DNA of 64,000 bases from a virus (IMGVR_UViG_2974630879_000001:12336-76335); one strand, 5' to 3'; positions 42,750 to 53,814 are shown, counted from the stretch's first letter. Program-made: numbers and translations. The notes: generated by a model from the letters alone, not told the origin.

Positions 42750-45428
42750 TTACGTTTGAAGATTTGTCGAAAGAGTCAGGTCAGAGAAGTTGCCGAGCAT
42801 GTCCAGACTCAGACCTGCAATATCACTTCCTACCATTAGAGTCCGCTCAAGGAACGATGCCGGACTTTCCGGGATATAGCTCCGTGCTGCCTCAGTCAAG
42901 GAGAGGGGGTCAATGACGCCCTTGTTCACCCCGAATGCTTCGGCGTATGCCTGAGCAATCGCCTCAGATTCTACCTTATAACCCTCGATGATCTTCTGGG
43001 TCTCTAGCAAGATATCTTGGGTAGAAGCGTTCACATAGTTCGTGTAGGCGTTCAGGCCGGTATTGGTCAGAGCTAGCAGGTTGTCAGCCCGCATCATATT
43101 GGCAAAACCGCTAGCCATAGACTGACCAGTAGCCATTGCTGTGCCTACATTCAAGACAACGAAGGCAGCAATTACAGCAACGATAGCACCAATCTTTTCA
43201 CCAAACAGAGCAACCGCAGCTCTTTGAATAATAGATACCAGGATCATTGCAGCAATGGCATTAGCAATAGCACCCACAACAATGGCTGCTACACCTGTCA
43301 AACCAATCGCTGCACCTACCGCAGCACTTGAACCAAGGATGCCAGCAGAAGCAGCGGCGCCAGCACCAGCGGTATAGATACTGATGATGATGATTACAAT
43401 AATCAGAACTACCTTGAACAAGCCAGTCTGGTACCACTTCTTCTTCACTACCTGATAGCAGTTGAAGACGATGAAGCTACATGCAGTAGCCATCTGAGTG
43501 GACCTCGTTAGAGGCATTGATTGGTAAATACCCTCATGCAGTGGAATGATGAAACCTGATTCATCTGTATCGACAAGAGCATCAGCAGCATCAATCTCAA
43601 CTGCTTTGCCTTTGTAGATTTCATTACGATGAAGCAAGCCACGGACATTCATGATTCGGTACGAATCATTTTCATCCTGCCAATAGAGGTTGATGTCGTT
43701 GACTGAGATGTTATCCAACACTCCCCAGATACCACCGACGTAACCTAGCTCAGCAAAGATCTCGTTCACTCCACGACTGAACCATAGATCACCCTTCTTG
43801 GCTCCAGGGCGACCATGCCCAGTATGCTCAGTTTCAGTGATCCCATTCCAACTGATCGTGATGTTGTAATTCATCACGTTGTTTTTGTCCGAACGAATCT
43901 TGATTTCGTTCGTAGGCATTGGAGGATACGGTTGTTGTACCGGCTCCGGAGTGCCATAGAGTGGATTGGTAGAATCAGCCTGAGCTGCTTTCCAAGTAGA
44001 CCATTGCTTCAGAGATGCATCTGCTGCATCCCAAGCAAGCTTCCATGCAGTGTACTCACCGTCAGTACCGACACTGGCAACTTCCAAAATTGACTTGAAG
44101 AACCTGTAGACATACTCACGGCATGCAACTTCCTTGACATTGAGGGAAACGCCAAACACGCTGTAAGCGTAGTCAATGTCTTTCAGACTTTCATTGTCTT
44201 TAATCTTTTCGATGATGTCATCGTACTTACCAGTCGTGCTCTTTTTCAGAGCCTTCTTGGAAGCTTCGTAAACATCAGGCAAATTCGTTGGAGAAATGAA
44301 TTCGTTGTTGATCCGGTAAGGAATGAAAGGAAAAAATTGTTGCTCACCTGTGCGTGGGTTGAACATTGCATCAAGCACTGCATTACCAGAGCCACGACGG
44401 TAGATGAAAACTTGTGCATCACTCCAACTAGACTCAATCGTTTCTTGCGTATCGATACGATAAGACCGCTGAACACTTAGGTTCTGAGTAGTGGTTGTCG
44501 TCTTAGTGGTCTTGGTTACTCCACCACCGATATCCTCATCAGCAGATACCACAGTCACAGCTTCCGTTACATCACGGACCTGATCTTGATACATAGTCGA
44601 TTCGACAGAGTAGGTCGAATCACTATCAGGCTTGTTGCCTTTGAACTCATCCTTCATATAGACACGATGAATTTCCTGATAGGTTTCGGTTCGAGTCGTA
44701 CTCGATTTCGAATGCTCAGCAGGACGACCATCAGAATAGGTCACATCTTTTTCAATATCAGTCACCAGATCAACGTCAGTATTCACTACTGAATTGTTGA
44801 TCTCTTCCCAACCATCGGTGGATGGATATGGCTCACCTTGAGCCAAGACGACAATATCACCAGGAACGGTAGGTTGCTGTTCTGGATCATTTGCAAGCAG
44901 ATACGTTGCGTAGAGATATCGACTTGTGTCGATGAAGTCAGCAGCAACGAAACTGTAGGTAACAACATCATTGAACAGAATGCGGATCGTCTGACCTTCA
45001 ATGTCAGCAGTCCAATCTTCATTGATTTGATCAGGATGGTTTTCAAGCATCCAACGATCAGCCCAGTAGGTGTAATCAGCATCGCCAATTTTCACCGACT
45101 GAACTTGTACTTGTTGGTTTGCTGCATGTGGAATTTGTTCTTTCAGAACATTGATATCCACAGAGTTACCCACGGAAATACTGCCGGTCACTAGACCGAC
45201 AGTATCCGTATAACCAGTACGGCGAGACCAACGAGCAAAGCTTCGGAAACGAATTGCAGGACCATTGAGATAGCTGTTCGTAATCGTTTGTCCGAGGCTA
45301 GGAACATTGTTCAGTACACCGCCTAGGACAGTTGTCTTCAAGTACGACGGGCGCTCATTCTCATCGCCAGCCATGTTGTAGACGACTGAACTAACGTAGG
45401 TCTTCTTTCGACTTCCGAAGATACCCAT
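42750..45428 (-). CDS. structural protein, 892 aa (N4 gp53 position)
   Basis: Begins MGIFGSRKKTYVSSVVYN; has a C-terminal hydrophobic block; synteny. Confidence 0.78.
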   Translation of the reverse strand: MGIFGSRKKTYVSSVVYNMAGDENERPSYLKTTVLGGVLNNVPSLGQTITNSYLNGPAIRFRSFARWSRRTGYTDTVGLVTGSISVGNSVDINVLKEQIPHAANQQVQVQSVKIGDADYTYWADRWMLENHPDQINEDWTADIEGQTIRILFNDVVTYSFVAADFIDTSRYLYATYLLANDPEQQPTVPGDIVVLAQGEPYPSTDGWEEINNSVVNTDVDLVTDIEKDVTYSDGRPAEHSKSSTTRTETYQEIHRVYMKDEFKGNKPDSDSTYSVESTMYQDQVRDVTEAVTVVSADEDIGGGVTKTTKTTTTTQNLSVQRSYRIDTQETIESSWSDAQVFIYRRGSGNAVLDAMFNPRTGEQQFFPFIPYRINNEFISPTNLPDVYEASKKALKKSTTGKYDDIIEKIKDNESLKDIDYAYSVFGVSLNVKEVACREYVYRFFKSILEVASVGTDGEYTAWKLAWDAADASLKQWSTWKAAQADSTNPLYGTPEPVQQPYPPMPTNEIKIRSDKNNVMNYNITISWNGITETEHTGHGRPGAKKGDLWFSRGVNEIFAELGYVGGIWGVLDNISVNDINLYWQDENDSYRIMNVRGLLHRNEIYKGKAVEIDAADALVDTDESGFIIPLHEGIYQSMPLTRSTQMATACSFIVFNCYQVVKKKWYQTGLFKVVLIIVIIIISIYTAGAGAAASAGILGSSAAVGAAIGLTGVAAIVVGAIANAIAAMILVSIIQRAAVALFGEKIGAIVAVIAAFVVLNVGTAMATGQSMASGFANMMRADNLLALTNTGLNAYTNYVNASTQDILLETQKIIEGYKVESEAIAQAYAEAFGVNKGVIDPLSLTEAARSYIPESPASFLERTLMVGSDIAGLSLDMLGNFSDLTLSTNLQT

Positions 45429-46267
45429 TACTCAAATCCATTCTTGGTCATGATGGTGCTCAACACCTTATCCAGATTGGCATTGGTAAAGCCATCCGGA
45501 GGAGTCAGACCTTCATCAATGGTCTTCATAGCAATCCATGCATCAATGAATGGACGACCGGCCTTGATTTCAGCATCACGCTGGTAGCTCGTAATCTGTT
45601 GTGAGTACAGCTCACGTTGCTTACCAACAGAACCAGCAACCGCAGAACCATCGGTGCGAGTATCCAAAGTCTGTGCACGCTGCACCTCAGCCTGTTCTTT
45701 CACCAGTGCCCACTGAGCCGGCAGGATATTGCCGAGGTTGTAAGTAGCAGTACCGAAAGCCTGATCTTCAGTAGCCAGCTTCATCGTAGTCAGTGCATAC
45801 GTTGCACCAGAAGTCTGGGCATCCAGAACAACCTTGGCGTACTCAGCCTTTGCAGTCTGGGTCTGGATCAATGCAGAGAATGCCTGCAGCTGTGCAACCT
45901 GTGCTTGCCAGAACGCTTGATCTTTCTGAAGCAAGAACTGTGTTGCATTCTGCATGACACTCTCAACCAGAGAGATGTATGCCTTGGTGTAATCACCAGC
46001 GGTAATACGACCCGCTTGATATTCCATCAGCAGATGCTGCTTGGCACTCGACATCAGCTTGTCGAATACACCATCACCAGTTGGGCAACCATCACTCAGA
46101 TCCTTCAGGTTGACTGAAGGGATGCTTTTAAACAGAGCACTGTTTGCATCAATCGGCAACTTCCAGATCGGGTCATCCCAATCAATATCCGGAAGTTGAA
46201 TGTTCAGATCTTCAATCAAATACGTGAGGATGCTCTTTGCATCCTGTTCGCCATGTTGACGTGCCAT
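45428..46267 (-). CDS. structural protein (N4 gp54 position)
   Basis: GDGVFDKLM...GRITAGDYTKAY pattern; synteny. Confidence 0.75.
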   Translation of the reverse strand: MARQHGEQDAKSILTYLIEDLNIQLPDIDWDDPIWKLPIDANSALFKSIPSVNLKDLSDGCPTGDGVFDKLMSSAKQHLLMEYQAGRITAGDYTKAYISLVESVMQNATQFLLQKDQAFWQAQVAQLQAFSALIQTQTAKAEYAKVVLDAQTSGATYALTTMKLATEDQAFGTATYNLGNILPAQWALVKEQAEVQRAQTLDTRTDGSAVAGSVGKQRELYSQQITSYQRDAEIKAGRPFIDAWIAMKTIDEGLTPPDGFTNANLDKVLSTIMTKNGFE

Positions 46268-46283
46268 GTCTTGATCCGTGTAG

Positions 46284-46321
46284 AAAGAAAAAAGCCCACT
46301 GAACCAAGAAGGTCAGTGGGC
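46284..46321 (-). terminator. intrinsic terminator
   Basis: GCCCACTGA/TCAGTGGGC stem with a T-run on the minus strand. Confidence 0.8.
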
Positions 46322-46345
46322 CTAGTTTACTGCCTTCAGGTCAGC

Positions 46346-46972
46346 TTAGCCGACTTCCGAAGTACCAGCTGCAAGCTGAGCAGTGGCCAGCTGCTTGAGT
46401 TCTGCTGGGGTCAGATCGGGCAGATCTTCGATACCAAATTCAGCAGCAAGACGAGTGGTCACCAGAACCTGACCAGTACCCTTCACAGTCTTGGTTCGAA
46501 TGTCCACATACTTGCGGGACTTCATCAGATCATAGATGGCTTGCTCAATATGCCAGCCATTGTCGGTGGTCTCACCGAAGGGAACGAATCGCTTGATCGT
46601 GCCCATGTAGTTATTGCCTACGGTGAAAAACTCACCGGGCAAATCACGCTTATTCGGGTTGTGACAGGTAATACGTACACGACGAAGTTTGCTCGCCTTG
46701 CTACGCAGCAGCGTATGCAGCGACACAGGCTTCGCAGGTGCATCTGGTGTAGAAGTACCGGGCATAGGCTGAGCAGCCCGCTCCTGCGTTAGTGCCTTGC
46801 CTGACATAGCGGCTTCCAACTGAGCACGCAAAGTTTCCAGGCTGGCATTGTTTGACGGGGTTTGACCCATCGTCTTCAGGCGTGCACGAAGCACTGCCTT
46901 CTCTTCATTATCACGCTGTTCCGGAGTCATATCCTGCGGGTCCAGCGATTCGGTGTTCTGTTGTTCGCTCAT
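46346..46972 (-). CDS. conserved protein (N4 gp55 position)
   Basis: RVRITCHNPNKRDLPGEFFTVGN; lies downstream of the major capsid gene. Confidence 0.78.
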   Translation of the reverse strand: MSEQQNTESLDPQDMTPEQRDNEEKAVLRARLKTMGQTPSNNASLETLRAQLEAAMSGKALTQERAAQPMPGTSTPDAPAKPVSLHTLLRSKASKLRRVRITCHNPNKRDLPGEFFTVGNNYMGTIKRFVPFGETTDNGWHIEQAIYDLMKSRKYVDIRTKTVKGTGQVLVTTRLAAEFGIEDLPDLTPAELKQLATAQLAAGTSEVG

Positions 46973-47000
46973 GGCTGCTGCTTTCTCTATATGAAATTGA

Positions 47001-47026
47001 AGATGGGGAGATCACTCTCCCCATCT
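47001..47026 (-). terminator. 11-bp hairpin after the major capsid gene (terminator or stabiliser)
   Basis: AGATGGGGAGA-TCAC-TCTCCCCATCT; the U-tract is weak. Confidence 0.6.
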
Positions 47027-47041
47027 TGGTTCCGCTGCCGA

Positions 47042-48277
47042 TTAGATCGGAGCAACGGTCTTGATCAAACCCAGACGTTCCGGGCGCTTGATCAGGATAC
47101 CGTAGTACCACTTGATCGAGCTGAAACCAGTCTCACCATACGGGTCATTACGATCCGCAGTGTCCTTACCAGGAACCTTGGTGATGACCGAGAACTTCAC
47201 GGTCTTGCCATCGGTCTGGAAGCCAATGGTGGTGAATGCATCGTCGCCGACAACCAGCATCGGGAAGATGTCATAACGTTCTTCACCAGCACTGTTGGTG
47301 CTCGAACGGTAGCCAGGGTTGTTACCAACTTCGGCACCCTTCGCAGCCCAGTGCAGCATTTCCGGAACCTGGATGATACGGAACGAGTCGATGGTACCGA
47401 TCTCGCCGTTCATGATGGTGCCGGCATTACCGTAGTGCTGGATCTCGACGAACGCCTTGTTACCAAACAGGTCCGTCATGCCCTTCAGCAGCGGAGCCAG
47501 CTCAGAACCCACGTAGATCACGCGAGTAGCACCGATCACCTTGGTATCGATCAAACGCGAACCAGTGATGATGGTGGTCTGCGTCGGAGTACGCAGATCG
47601 GTCAGGGTCTGATCCAGACGCATCAGCAGACGGTAGTCCACCAACGAAGCCGGAATCTCCGGGTTGCCGTTGGCAGCAGGAGTCACTTCACCAGTGACTT
47701 CGCCATCATTGGTCGCAGCACCAGCATAAAACACGGTACCAGCCATCGACAGCAGGTCGGCTTGCAGCACAGCTTCAGTCAGCTGCACAGCACCGTTCAT
47801 CAGCTCACGGCTCAGGTGATCCTTCAGCTCATCGTCCGAGTCGAAGTCCACAGATTCCTGGGTCCACTCGTAGAAGAAGCCGAACTTGTGCAGGCTACCT
47901 TCGCGTTCCAGACGGGTGAAGCCAACTCGGTTCACACGACCACCGTTCTCGGTCAGAGTCGGCAGCTTCGAGGTGATCACACCGATGTCCTTCGACGAAC
48001 CGTACAGATTGCCATTGGCAATGCTGACACCGTTTGCGTCGATGCCTTGATCGTTGATGTTGCGATCATCCAGCAGCGGAACGTAGTAATAGACCTTGAT
48101 CTTCTTGCCGTAGTTCTTCGGCATGTTGGTGACGTTGGCCAGCGGCATGAAGTACTGATCACGACGTGACTCGATGATCGACTTCTTGAGCCACATGAAG
48201 GTGTTCATCTGGTCGGAACCAGCACCGTCGATGCTCGACTTGTCGCCCTCGGCGGGGGCATTGTAATTCAGAGGCAT
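47042..48277 (-). CDS. major capsid protein (N4 gp56 type)
   Basis: [45 protein letters not shown] and [16 protein letters not shown]. Confidence 0.93.
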   Translation of the reverse strand: MPLNYNAPAEGDKSSIDGAGSDQMNTFMWLKKSIIESRRDQYFMPLANVTNMPKNYGKKIKVYYYVPLLDDRNINDQGIDANGVSIANGNLYGSSKDIGVITSKLPTLTENGGRVNRVGFTRLEREGSLHKFGFFYEWTQESVDFDSDDELKDHLSRELMNGAVQLTEAVLQADLLSMAGTVFYAGAATNDGEVTGEVTPAANGNPEIPASLVDYRLLMRLDQTLTDLRTPTQTTIITGSRLIDTKVIGATRVIYVGSELAPLLKGMTDLFGNKAFVEIQHYGNAGTIMNGEIGTIDSFRIIQVPEMLHWAAKGAEVGNNPGYRSSTNSAGEERYDIFPMLVVGDDAFTTIGFQTDGKTVKFSVITKVPGKDTADRNDPYGETGFSSIKWYYGILIKRPERLGLIKTVAPI

Positions 48278-48292
48278 GATCTTCAGATCTCG

Positions 48293-49480
48293 TTACACGC
48301 GGCCTGCCATCTGACGTAGAAAGTCGTCGTCGGACATGGCCAGAGGATTGATGGGAGGAGCAGCAGCTTTTGCTGGCGTGCTACGGGTTACAGCCGCAGC
48401 TTGAGCCTTTTCCGATACTGCTTGCTTTGCAGGTTGAGCAACGGTCTTGGCGACAGGTGCCGGTGCTTGCTTGACCGGTTGGTGGGCAACCGTATTCTTC
48501 GCAGCTTCGGCCTGAGCCAATTCGTTACCCACTTCCCGGTAAGCAAGCAAGAACGGAGTAGACACAGGGATGACACCCAGAGTACGACGACGATTCACTT
48601 CATTGGCAATAACGTCATAGACGCCACTGACACGATGTTCATGGATGGTACGCAATACAGCAGGTTCATTCCCAACCGCATCGATACTGGCTTGATCCCA
48701 CTTCAGAGCCTCTGCGATGGTTTCCTTTCCTCGATCCATTGATTGAAGTTCATCAACCGTGGATTGGAAATCTACCTGCCGATCACTGACGCGATGATTG
48801 CCACCTTGATACGTCGATTCTGCATCAACATCGATGTCTCGCGGATCGATGCCAGAATCCTTTAACAGCTTCTGGATTGCTGCCTTGTCACCTTTACTGA
48901 GGTCAATCAGAAAGGACAACTGGCTTTCATCCGTCAGCTTGTTGTTTTGCAGCATGGTCAGAACGCGACGATGCGGAGCGAGTTCCTGCATCTTCCGGGT
49001 GTAGTTAGCACCCATCTGCATCAGCTGCTTTACTTCTTCAGGACTTTTCAGTTCGACTTTGCGCCCATTCGCAGTGAATGGCGCCATAAGCTTTTCGTAC
49101 TCAGCCTTGTAATCCGGGGGAGTCTCGGTAGTACCAGCTCCCTCAACAACCTCACCAGTACCGGAACTACCGGTAGCGTCAGGATTGCTGTTGTCCTGAG
49201 TGCCCGCTTCCTTGACCGGAGGGGTAGTCTCAGAACCAGGGGCAGGAACAGTGCCGTCTCCCGTATCGGACGGCGTGACAGTAGCATTTTCTGCTACTTG
49301 CTCGCCAGTGTTTTCAACTTCGGTAACTTGTTGAACTTCTTCAACAACTTCCGGGTTAACAACTTCTTCGGTGGTCTGGGCACCAGGATCTTCCTGCTGG
49401 GTAGCAGCCTGCTCATCCATGAGAGCAGGCACACCCTTATTCAGGAACTCTTCGTCAGACAGTTCCAAAATACTCGGCAT
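48293..49480 (-). CDS. putative scaffolding protein (N4 gp57 position)
   Basis: Acidic N-terminus, LMQMGANYTRKMQ, ends MSDDDFL; immediately upstream of the major capsid gene. Confidence 0.75.
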   Translation of the reverse strand: MPSILELSDEEFLNKGVPALMDEQAATQQEDPGAQTTEEVVNPEVVEEVQQVTEVENTGEQVAENATVTPSDTGDGTVPAPGSETTPPVKEAGTQDNSNPDATGSSGTGEVVEGAGTTETPPDYKAEYEKLMAPFTANGRKVELKSPEEVKQLMQMGANYTRKMQELAPHRRVLTMLQNNKLTDESQLSFLIDLSKGDKAAIQKLLKDSGIDPRDIDVDAESTYQGGNHRVSDRQVDFQSTVDELQSMDRGKETIAEALKWDQASIDAVGNEPAVLRTIHEHRVSGVYDVIANEVNRRRTLGVIPVSTPFLLAYREVGNELAQAEAAKNTVAHQPVKQAPAPVAKTVAQPAKQAVSEKAQAAAVTRSTPAKAAAPPINPLAMSDDDFLRQMAGRV

Positions 49481-49485
49481 GAGGA

Positions 49486-49842
49486 TTAAGCCTCGTCACT
49501 CTGAGTATCGTCTTCCTGGCGAGACAGCTCGATTTCTTCTTCCAGCTGGGCGATGTTGTTGATCTCATTCGTGAGCATGCGCTCCTGAGCGAGAATATAC
49601 ATCTCGATACCACCAGTTGCTTGTGCCATCTTCAGGTACTTGGCTTGATCATCCAGACTCTGACCAGGATGGATACTCATCTGAACCAGACGAGCACACT
49701 CGTTCTTGGCATAGTCCGTGAGAATCAGTTCCTTAAAGTCCCGGTTCTGACACAGGCGTTGGAGCTTTTCCAGCTTGAGCTTGGCTTCTTTAGCCGAATT
49801 GAGCTGGCGGACAAGAGCTTCAGTTGTGACTTCAGTCTGCAT
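49486..49842 (-). CDS. conserved protein (N4 gp58 position)
   Basis: LERL-like coiled coil, NRDFKELILTDY; synteny between portal and gp57. Confidence 0.75.
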   Translation of the reverse strand: MQTEVTTEALVRQLNSAKEAKLKLEKLQRLCQNRDFKELILTDYAKNECARLVQMSIHPGQSLDDQAKYLKMAQATGGIEMYILAQERMLTNEINNIAQLEEEIELSRQEDDTQSDEA

Positions 49843-49925
49843 GACTAATTGGTCTCGTTGGTGGTTTTGTAATGGATCGATGAGCCGAGGGCCGGCTCAC
49901 CTTCCACAATAATAGATCTATGTTG

Positions 49926-52070
49926 TTATACCTGTCCACTACGGGATAGGGCATTGAACCCAATCGCCGCTTCCACATCACCCTCTGTCTCTCCCTCCTT
50001 CCTTTTTTCGAGGAGAGCCTTGGTGATTTGTAGATCTTGGTTCCCTTCAGCCTGACTCTGCTGACTCTGCATTTTCTCGACATGCTTGGTACCGTTGGCT
50101 TCCTTAACCGTATCCACAGTCGTAGCCTGGGCATCAGCAGCAGCTTTCTGGGTCTGAGCCTTGACCAGATCAATTCGGGCCTGGATCTCCTGAATCTCCA
50201 TCTGAGCCTTCTGCTGTTCCAGTTCCTGCATCGGGTTCGGCTGTGGCTGGTAATCCTCAATGGCCTTGGCCAAATCCGGCATACGCTTCAGCAGAGCAAT
50301 CTTGCGGAGGATGATCTTGGTCATGTTGAAGTCCATGTTCGGACCAATGGTCTGAAGCATGAATCCCAGATCCTGCGCTTGAGTATTGTCTTGCTCAGGA
50401 GTTGAGACATCAACAATGCAGTCGAAGTTACCCTTGAGATCTTCTCGATTAACTTTGACGAATTCTTTATTGGTGATTCGGATGACTTCGAATTCACTCA
50501 AAAACTCTGAGTTCATCGCAATCATCTTGGCACCAATCTCTTGCATCAGCTTGGACAGGCGACGAACGATACTTAGTTCACGCTTGCTCGATGCATCCAA
50601 TACACCTCGGATACCGGCAGCCACATCACCCAAGGCACCAGAATTCAAACCATCGCCGAAGCCCTTAACACCGGACATCGACTCAGCTTCTTGGCTCTGC
50701 AATTGCAACATCACCATTGCCGACTGAGGAATCTCAGGGAAAGTGTGCTGAATCAATGCATTCGCAGGATTGTTGTTTGGGTTGTACTCATAGTCCAAAC
50801 CATTGTCATAACGACGACGGTTCAATGGATCAAGCATGCCCTTAGCAATACCCTGCTGACCATTGGCACTGCGACCCATGATATCAATCATGCCTCGCAT
50901 GATTGCACCCATGATCCGCTGATTATCACCTAGCAGTTCGGCATCAGGCTCACCGTATAGTTCACGCTTCTTGGGAGAGTAGCGAACCATGACGAATGGC
51001 AGCTTGCCGTCCGGGAATGGATTCACTTCCATTCGAACGAGAATGTTACCGATCCAAGTAGCAACAATTGGCGTTAGATTGCCATCGCCGTCAATGTCAT
51101 AGAAGCCCCAGTACTCAAACGCCACGACTTTCTTACGAGCCTTGTCGTTGAACTGGAACGTATCCGGAGTGACGGTTTCATGTTCTGGATGAGTGGCGGG
51201 ACTGTTGTTGTCCCAGATCACTTTTTCCAAATTCTTGTAACGCTTGCCTTCTTTCTTTAGCTCGCTGAAGCTTGTCTCGAAAGAGACAATGACAAACATT
51301 GCCTTATCAAGATCACCATTACACGATGGATCAATGATCACATTGTGTGGATTAAGCACTTCAAGAATTGGTCGATTCTCGATCAGCTTGTCAACCTTGG
51401 TGGTGACAACTCCGGTCTGTACTGCGTACGTAGCTTGTCCGCTTTCGTTGTACAGATCCACAGCAGCACGTGTAGCAGGATCGATAGATTCATTGTAACC
51501 ACGTGGATTGCTTTCCTTCAGCTCAAGAGCTTGCTGCAAAGCTTGTGCTTGCTCAGCAGATTCGATCTCAAAGTGATCGAACTCTGGAACATCTTCATTC
51601 ACTTTGATGCTGTGTTGCTTCCAGCCAACACGAACAATTGCAGTGCCTTCATCAACATCGGATCGAACCAAGTCATCAAGGAACTGGACCTTGTTGATTT
51701 GGTTGTCGAACTGATAATTCAAGAGAAGCTGATTCTGCTCAGCAGCAGAGACATCTTCAGCTGTACGAGGCTTCACTTCGAACAATCGATGATTCGAAAG
51801 GAACGGCTCAGACAGCGCTGCATAGCGCCATTCGGCTTGACGACGAATCAGCTTAGGCTGTACAGCTGAACGTCCACGAAGCTTCTGTGGGCGCTCTTTG
51901 CCAGTCACATTACGCAGGTTGTCCCACTCGATGATACGAGTCATCTGCGATTGGTGTGACGGCTTAGCCGCTTCCAGATCACGCTTCAGACTCAGAAGGG
52001 TTGGCTCCTTCTTCCAGTCAGTCAAACGTTGCGGTAGAGCTTCATGCTGCTCTTTGTAAATCTGGTCCAT
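49926..52070 (-). CDS. portal protein (N4 gp59 type)
   Basis: 714 aa; GRSAVQPKLIRRQAEWRYAALSEPFL and NPHNVIIDPSC. Confidence 0.92.
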   Translation of the reverse strand: MDQIYKEQHEALPQRLTDWKKEPTLLSLKRDLEAAKPSHQSQMTRIIEWDNLRNVTGKERPQKLRGRSAVQPKLIRRQAEWRYAALSEPFLSNHRLFEVKPRTAEDVSAAEQNQLLLNYQFDNQINKVQFLDDLVRSDVDEGTAIVRVGWKQHSIKVNEDVPEFDHFEIESAEQAQALQQALELKESNPRGYNESIDPATRAAVDLYNESGQATYAVQTGVVTTKVDKLIENRPILEVLNPHNVIIDPSCNGDLDKAMFVIVSFETSFSELKKEGKRYKNLEKVIWDNNSPATHPEHETVTPDTFQFNDKARKKVVAFEYWGFYDIDGDGNLTPIVATWIGNILVRMEVNPFPDGKLPFVMVRYSPKKRELYGEPDAELLGDNQRIMGAIMRGMIDIMGRSANGQQGIAKGMLDPLNRRRYDNGLDYEYNPNNNPANALIQHTFPEIPQSAMVMLQLQSQEAESMSGVKGFGDGLNSGALGDVAAGIRGVLDASSKRELSIVRRLSKLMQEIGAKMIAMNSEFLSEFEVIRITNKEFVKVNREDLKGNFDCIVDVSTPEQDNTQAQDLGFMLQTIGPNMDFNMTKIILRKIALLKRMPDLAKAIEDYQPQPNPMQELEQQKAQMEIQEIQARIDLVKAQTQKAAADAQATTVDTVKEANGTKHVEKMQSQQSQAEGNQDLQITKALLEKRKEGETEGDVEAAIGFNALSRSGQV

Positions 52071-52071
52071 A

Positions 52072-52617
52072 TCAGTTTTCCATCAGGCTACGGTCGTTAC
52101 GAATCTGACTACTCAGGGCTTGGATTTGTCGATCACGGAGTCCAAGAGTTGACCGGTACTCTCGTTCCAAGCTGCGCCCTTCTTCAAGAGCGGCGTCGAG
52201 TCGGCCTGCATGGCTTGCGAGATCTCGACACTCAGCGGCTCCAGCTTCGGCCTGACGTTGGTATATGGCCGTGCGTTGGGTGTTGAGCTGCATGCGCTTA
52301 GCAAGATCAGACTGCAAGGAAGCAATTTCAACAGCATGCTTTTGGTTCGCTTGGGAAAGCTCATGAGTAATCCTCTGGTTCTCTGCACGGTGCTCTGCTT
52401 CTTTCTCTGCATAGCTGTTCTTGAGTCGTTCGATCTCTGCAAGGTACTTGGCTGTGTCCTCATCCCATTGCAGTTGAACAGAAGCGGCTCCCTCACGGAA
52501 GCCGCTTTGTTTGATTGAATGGTAGCCCCATGTACCCAAGGCTACCAAAGCAACGAGAACCAAGAAGTGAGGCAGATACTTAATGAGTGTCTTTTGCCAC
52601 ATCGAAGGTATCTCCAA
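52072..52617 (-). CDS. inner-membrane spanin (Rz-like)
   Basis: N-terminal transmembrane helix followed by coiled coil; downstream of the endolysin. Confidence 0.85.
   Translation of the reverse strand: MEIPSMWQKTLIKYLPHFLVLVALVALGTWGYHSIKQSGFREGAASVQLQWDEDTAKYLAEIERLKNSYAEKEAEHRAENQRITHELSQANQKHAVEIASLQSDLAKRMQLNTQRTAIYQRQAEAGAAECRDLASHAGRLDAALEEGRSLEREYRSTLGLRDRQIQALSSQIRNDRSLMEN
52113..52337 (-). CDS. outer-membrane lipoprotein spanin (Rz1-like), embedded in the i-spanin
   Basis: MLLKLLPCSLILLSAC lipobox in an alternative frame, entirely inside the i-spanin gene. Confidence 0.8.
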   Translation of the reverse strand: MLLKLLPCSLILLSACSSTPNARPYTNVRPKLEPLSVEISQAMQADSTPLLKKGAAWNESTGQLLDSVIDKSKP

Positions 52618-53215
52618 AATTGGTGCACTTGGTCAAAGGGACATTACCGATGCGATGATCAACCCAACCGACTGTGAAAGTCTTGAGATTGGTCAGACTG
52701 ACATAGTGCTGTGCCTGATAACTGTCCAGCAATTTAATCGTCAGCTCGCATGCTTTGATCTTGCCACGAACACGCTCAAGACTCTGATATGCACGAATGG
52801 AAGCTGGGCCTACCTTACCATCCACGGTAAGTTGTGGGTAGTCTTTTCCGTCTCGGTTGAGTGCGTTGAGGCTTGACTGAAGCCATTTCGAACCACGAGC
52901 TGGACCGGTGTTAACACCGATATCCGTAAGCTTCCATGCCACAGCAGGGCTGATTTCAATCAGTGGAGCGTAGCCCGGCTTGACGATGTAGTCGTTGTAG
53001 TAGATCGATTTTGCTGCTTCAACCGACAGGTCTCGCATATCACCTGTATAACCATTGGCACGAGCTACCTGCTCAGTAACGCCATGATTGGTTGCACCAC
53101 CTGGGTCAGCTGGGTTGTTGACATATCCACCTTCAACAGCAACCACAGCACCAATGATCAATGCAGCAATACCTGCAATGCCGGTCTTCTTTCCGTTACT
53201 CAGTTTCTGAGCCAT
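52580..53215 (-). CDS. SAR endolysin, GH108-type muramidase
   Basis: N-terminal KKTGIAGIAALIIGAVVA anchor, then EGGYVNNPADPGGATNHGVT and a peptidoglycan-binding DGKVGP segment. Confidence 0.9.
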   Translation of the reverse strand: MAQKLSNGKKTGIAGIAALIIGAVVAVEGGYVNNPADPGGATNHGVTEQVARANGYTGDMRDLSVEAAKSIYYNDYIVKPGYAPLIEISPAVAWKLTDIGVNTGPARGSKWLQSSLNALNRDGKDYPQLTVDGKVGPASIRAYQSLERVRGKIKACELTIKLLDSYQAQHYVSLTNLKTFTVGWVDHRIGNVPLTKCTNFGDTFDVAKDTH

Positions 53216-53426
53216 CTGATGATCCTTTGAACTTGAGGACACGAGCAATCATTGCCATACCAAGAAGAACAATGGTGATGCTCTTTCCGTGAGGAATTTT
53301 ATTGATTGAGCCAAGGGGAACATTGGAAACAATGAAGTCAGCAATGTTCAGTACAAAGGCACCACCCATGTACCAGATACTGCTGAACTTCCAACTCTTC
53401 TTCCAGTTTGGAATCAGTTTAATCAT
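53196..53426 (-). CDS. putative holin (two hydrophobic segments)
   Basis: MIKLIPNWKKSWKFSSIW N-terminus, two TM-like stretches; overlaps the endolysin start. Confidence 0.7.
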   Translation of the reverse strand: MIKLIPNWKKSWKFSSIWYMGGAFVLNIADFIVSNVPLGSINKIPHGKSITIVLLGMAMIARVLKFKGSSDGSETE

Positions 53427-53737
53427 GAGCCACCTGCCAACCATGCAGCAATCTTTTCACGACCGGTCAGCAATGCAGTGACCAGTGCTGTAGCTACAAC
53501 CCATACCCATTTGCCGAACTGACCTGCACCAACGACCTTATGCTTGATGGTAATGAAGTCATCAATCACAGGCTTCTGAGTAGTAAGACTTGTCTCTACG
53601 TTTTGCATCCGTTGGCTCATTGCGATGAGCTGCTCGTTCTGCGCTTTCAACTGCTGAAGAATATCCTTATTGGATTCAGCGTGAGTCTTTAGGCGCTCAT
53701 CCATGCGAGCCAAGAGAACATCAGTAGATTCAGCCAT
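53423..53737 (-). CDS. coiled-coil protein with C-terminal TM helix (holin/antiholin candidate)
   Basis: LLARMDERL coiled coil, then GKWVWVVATALVTALLTG; lysis cassette position. Confidence 0.65.
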   Translation of the reverse strand: MAESTDVLLARMDERLKTHAESNKDILQQLKAQNEQLIAMSQRMQNVETSLTTQKPVIDDFITIKHKVVGAGQFGKWVWVVATALVTALLTGREKIAAWLAGGS

Positions 53738-53777
53738 TGCCCCTGTACCTTTGTAAGTGTTGCCCGCAGTTTAGGGC

Positions 53778-53814
53778 AAGATAAAGGCCGGGGGAACTAC
53801 AAGTTCACCCGGCC
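53778..53814 (-). terminator. intrinsic terminator after the tail module
   Basis: GGCCGGG...CCCGGCC stem followed by TTTATCTT on the minus strand. Confidence 0.6.
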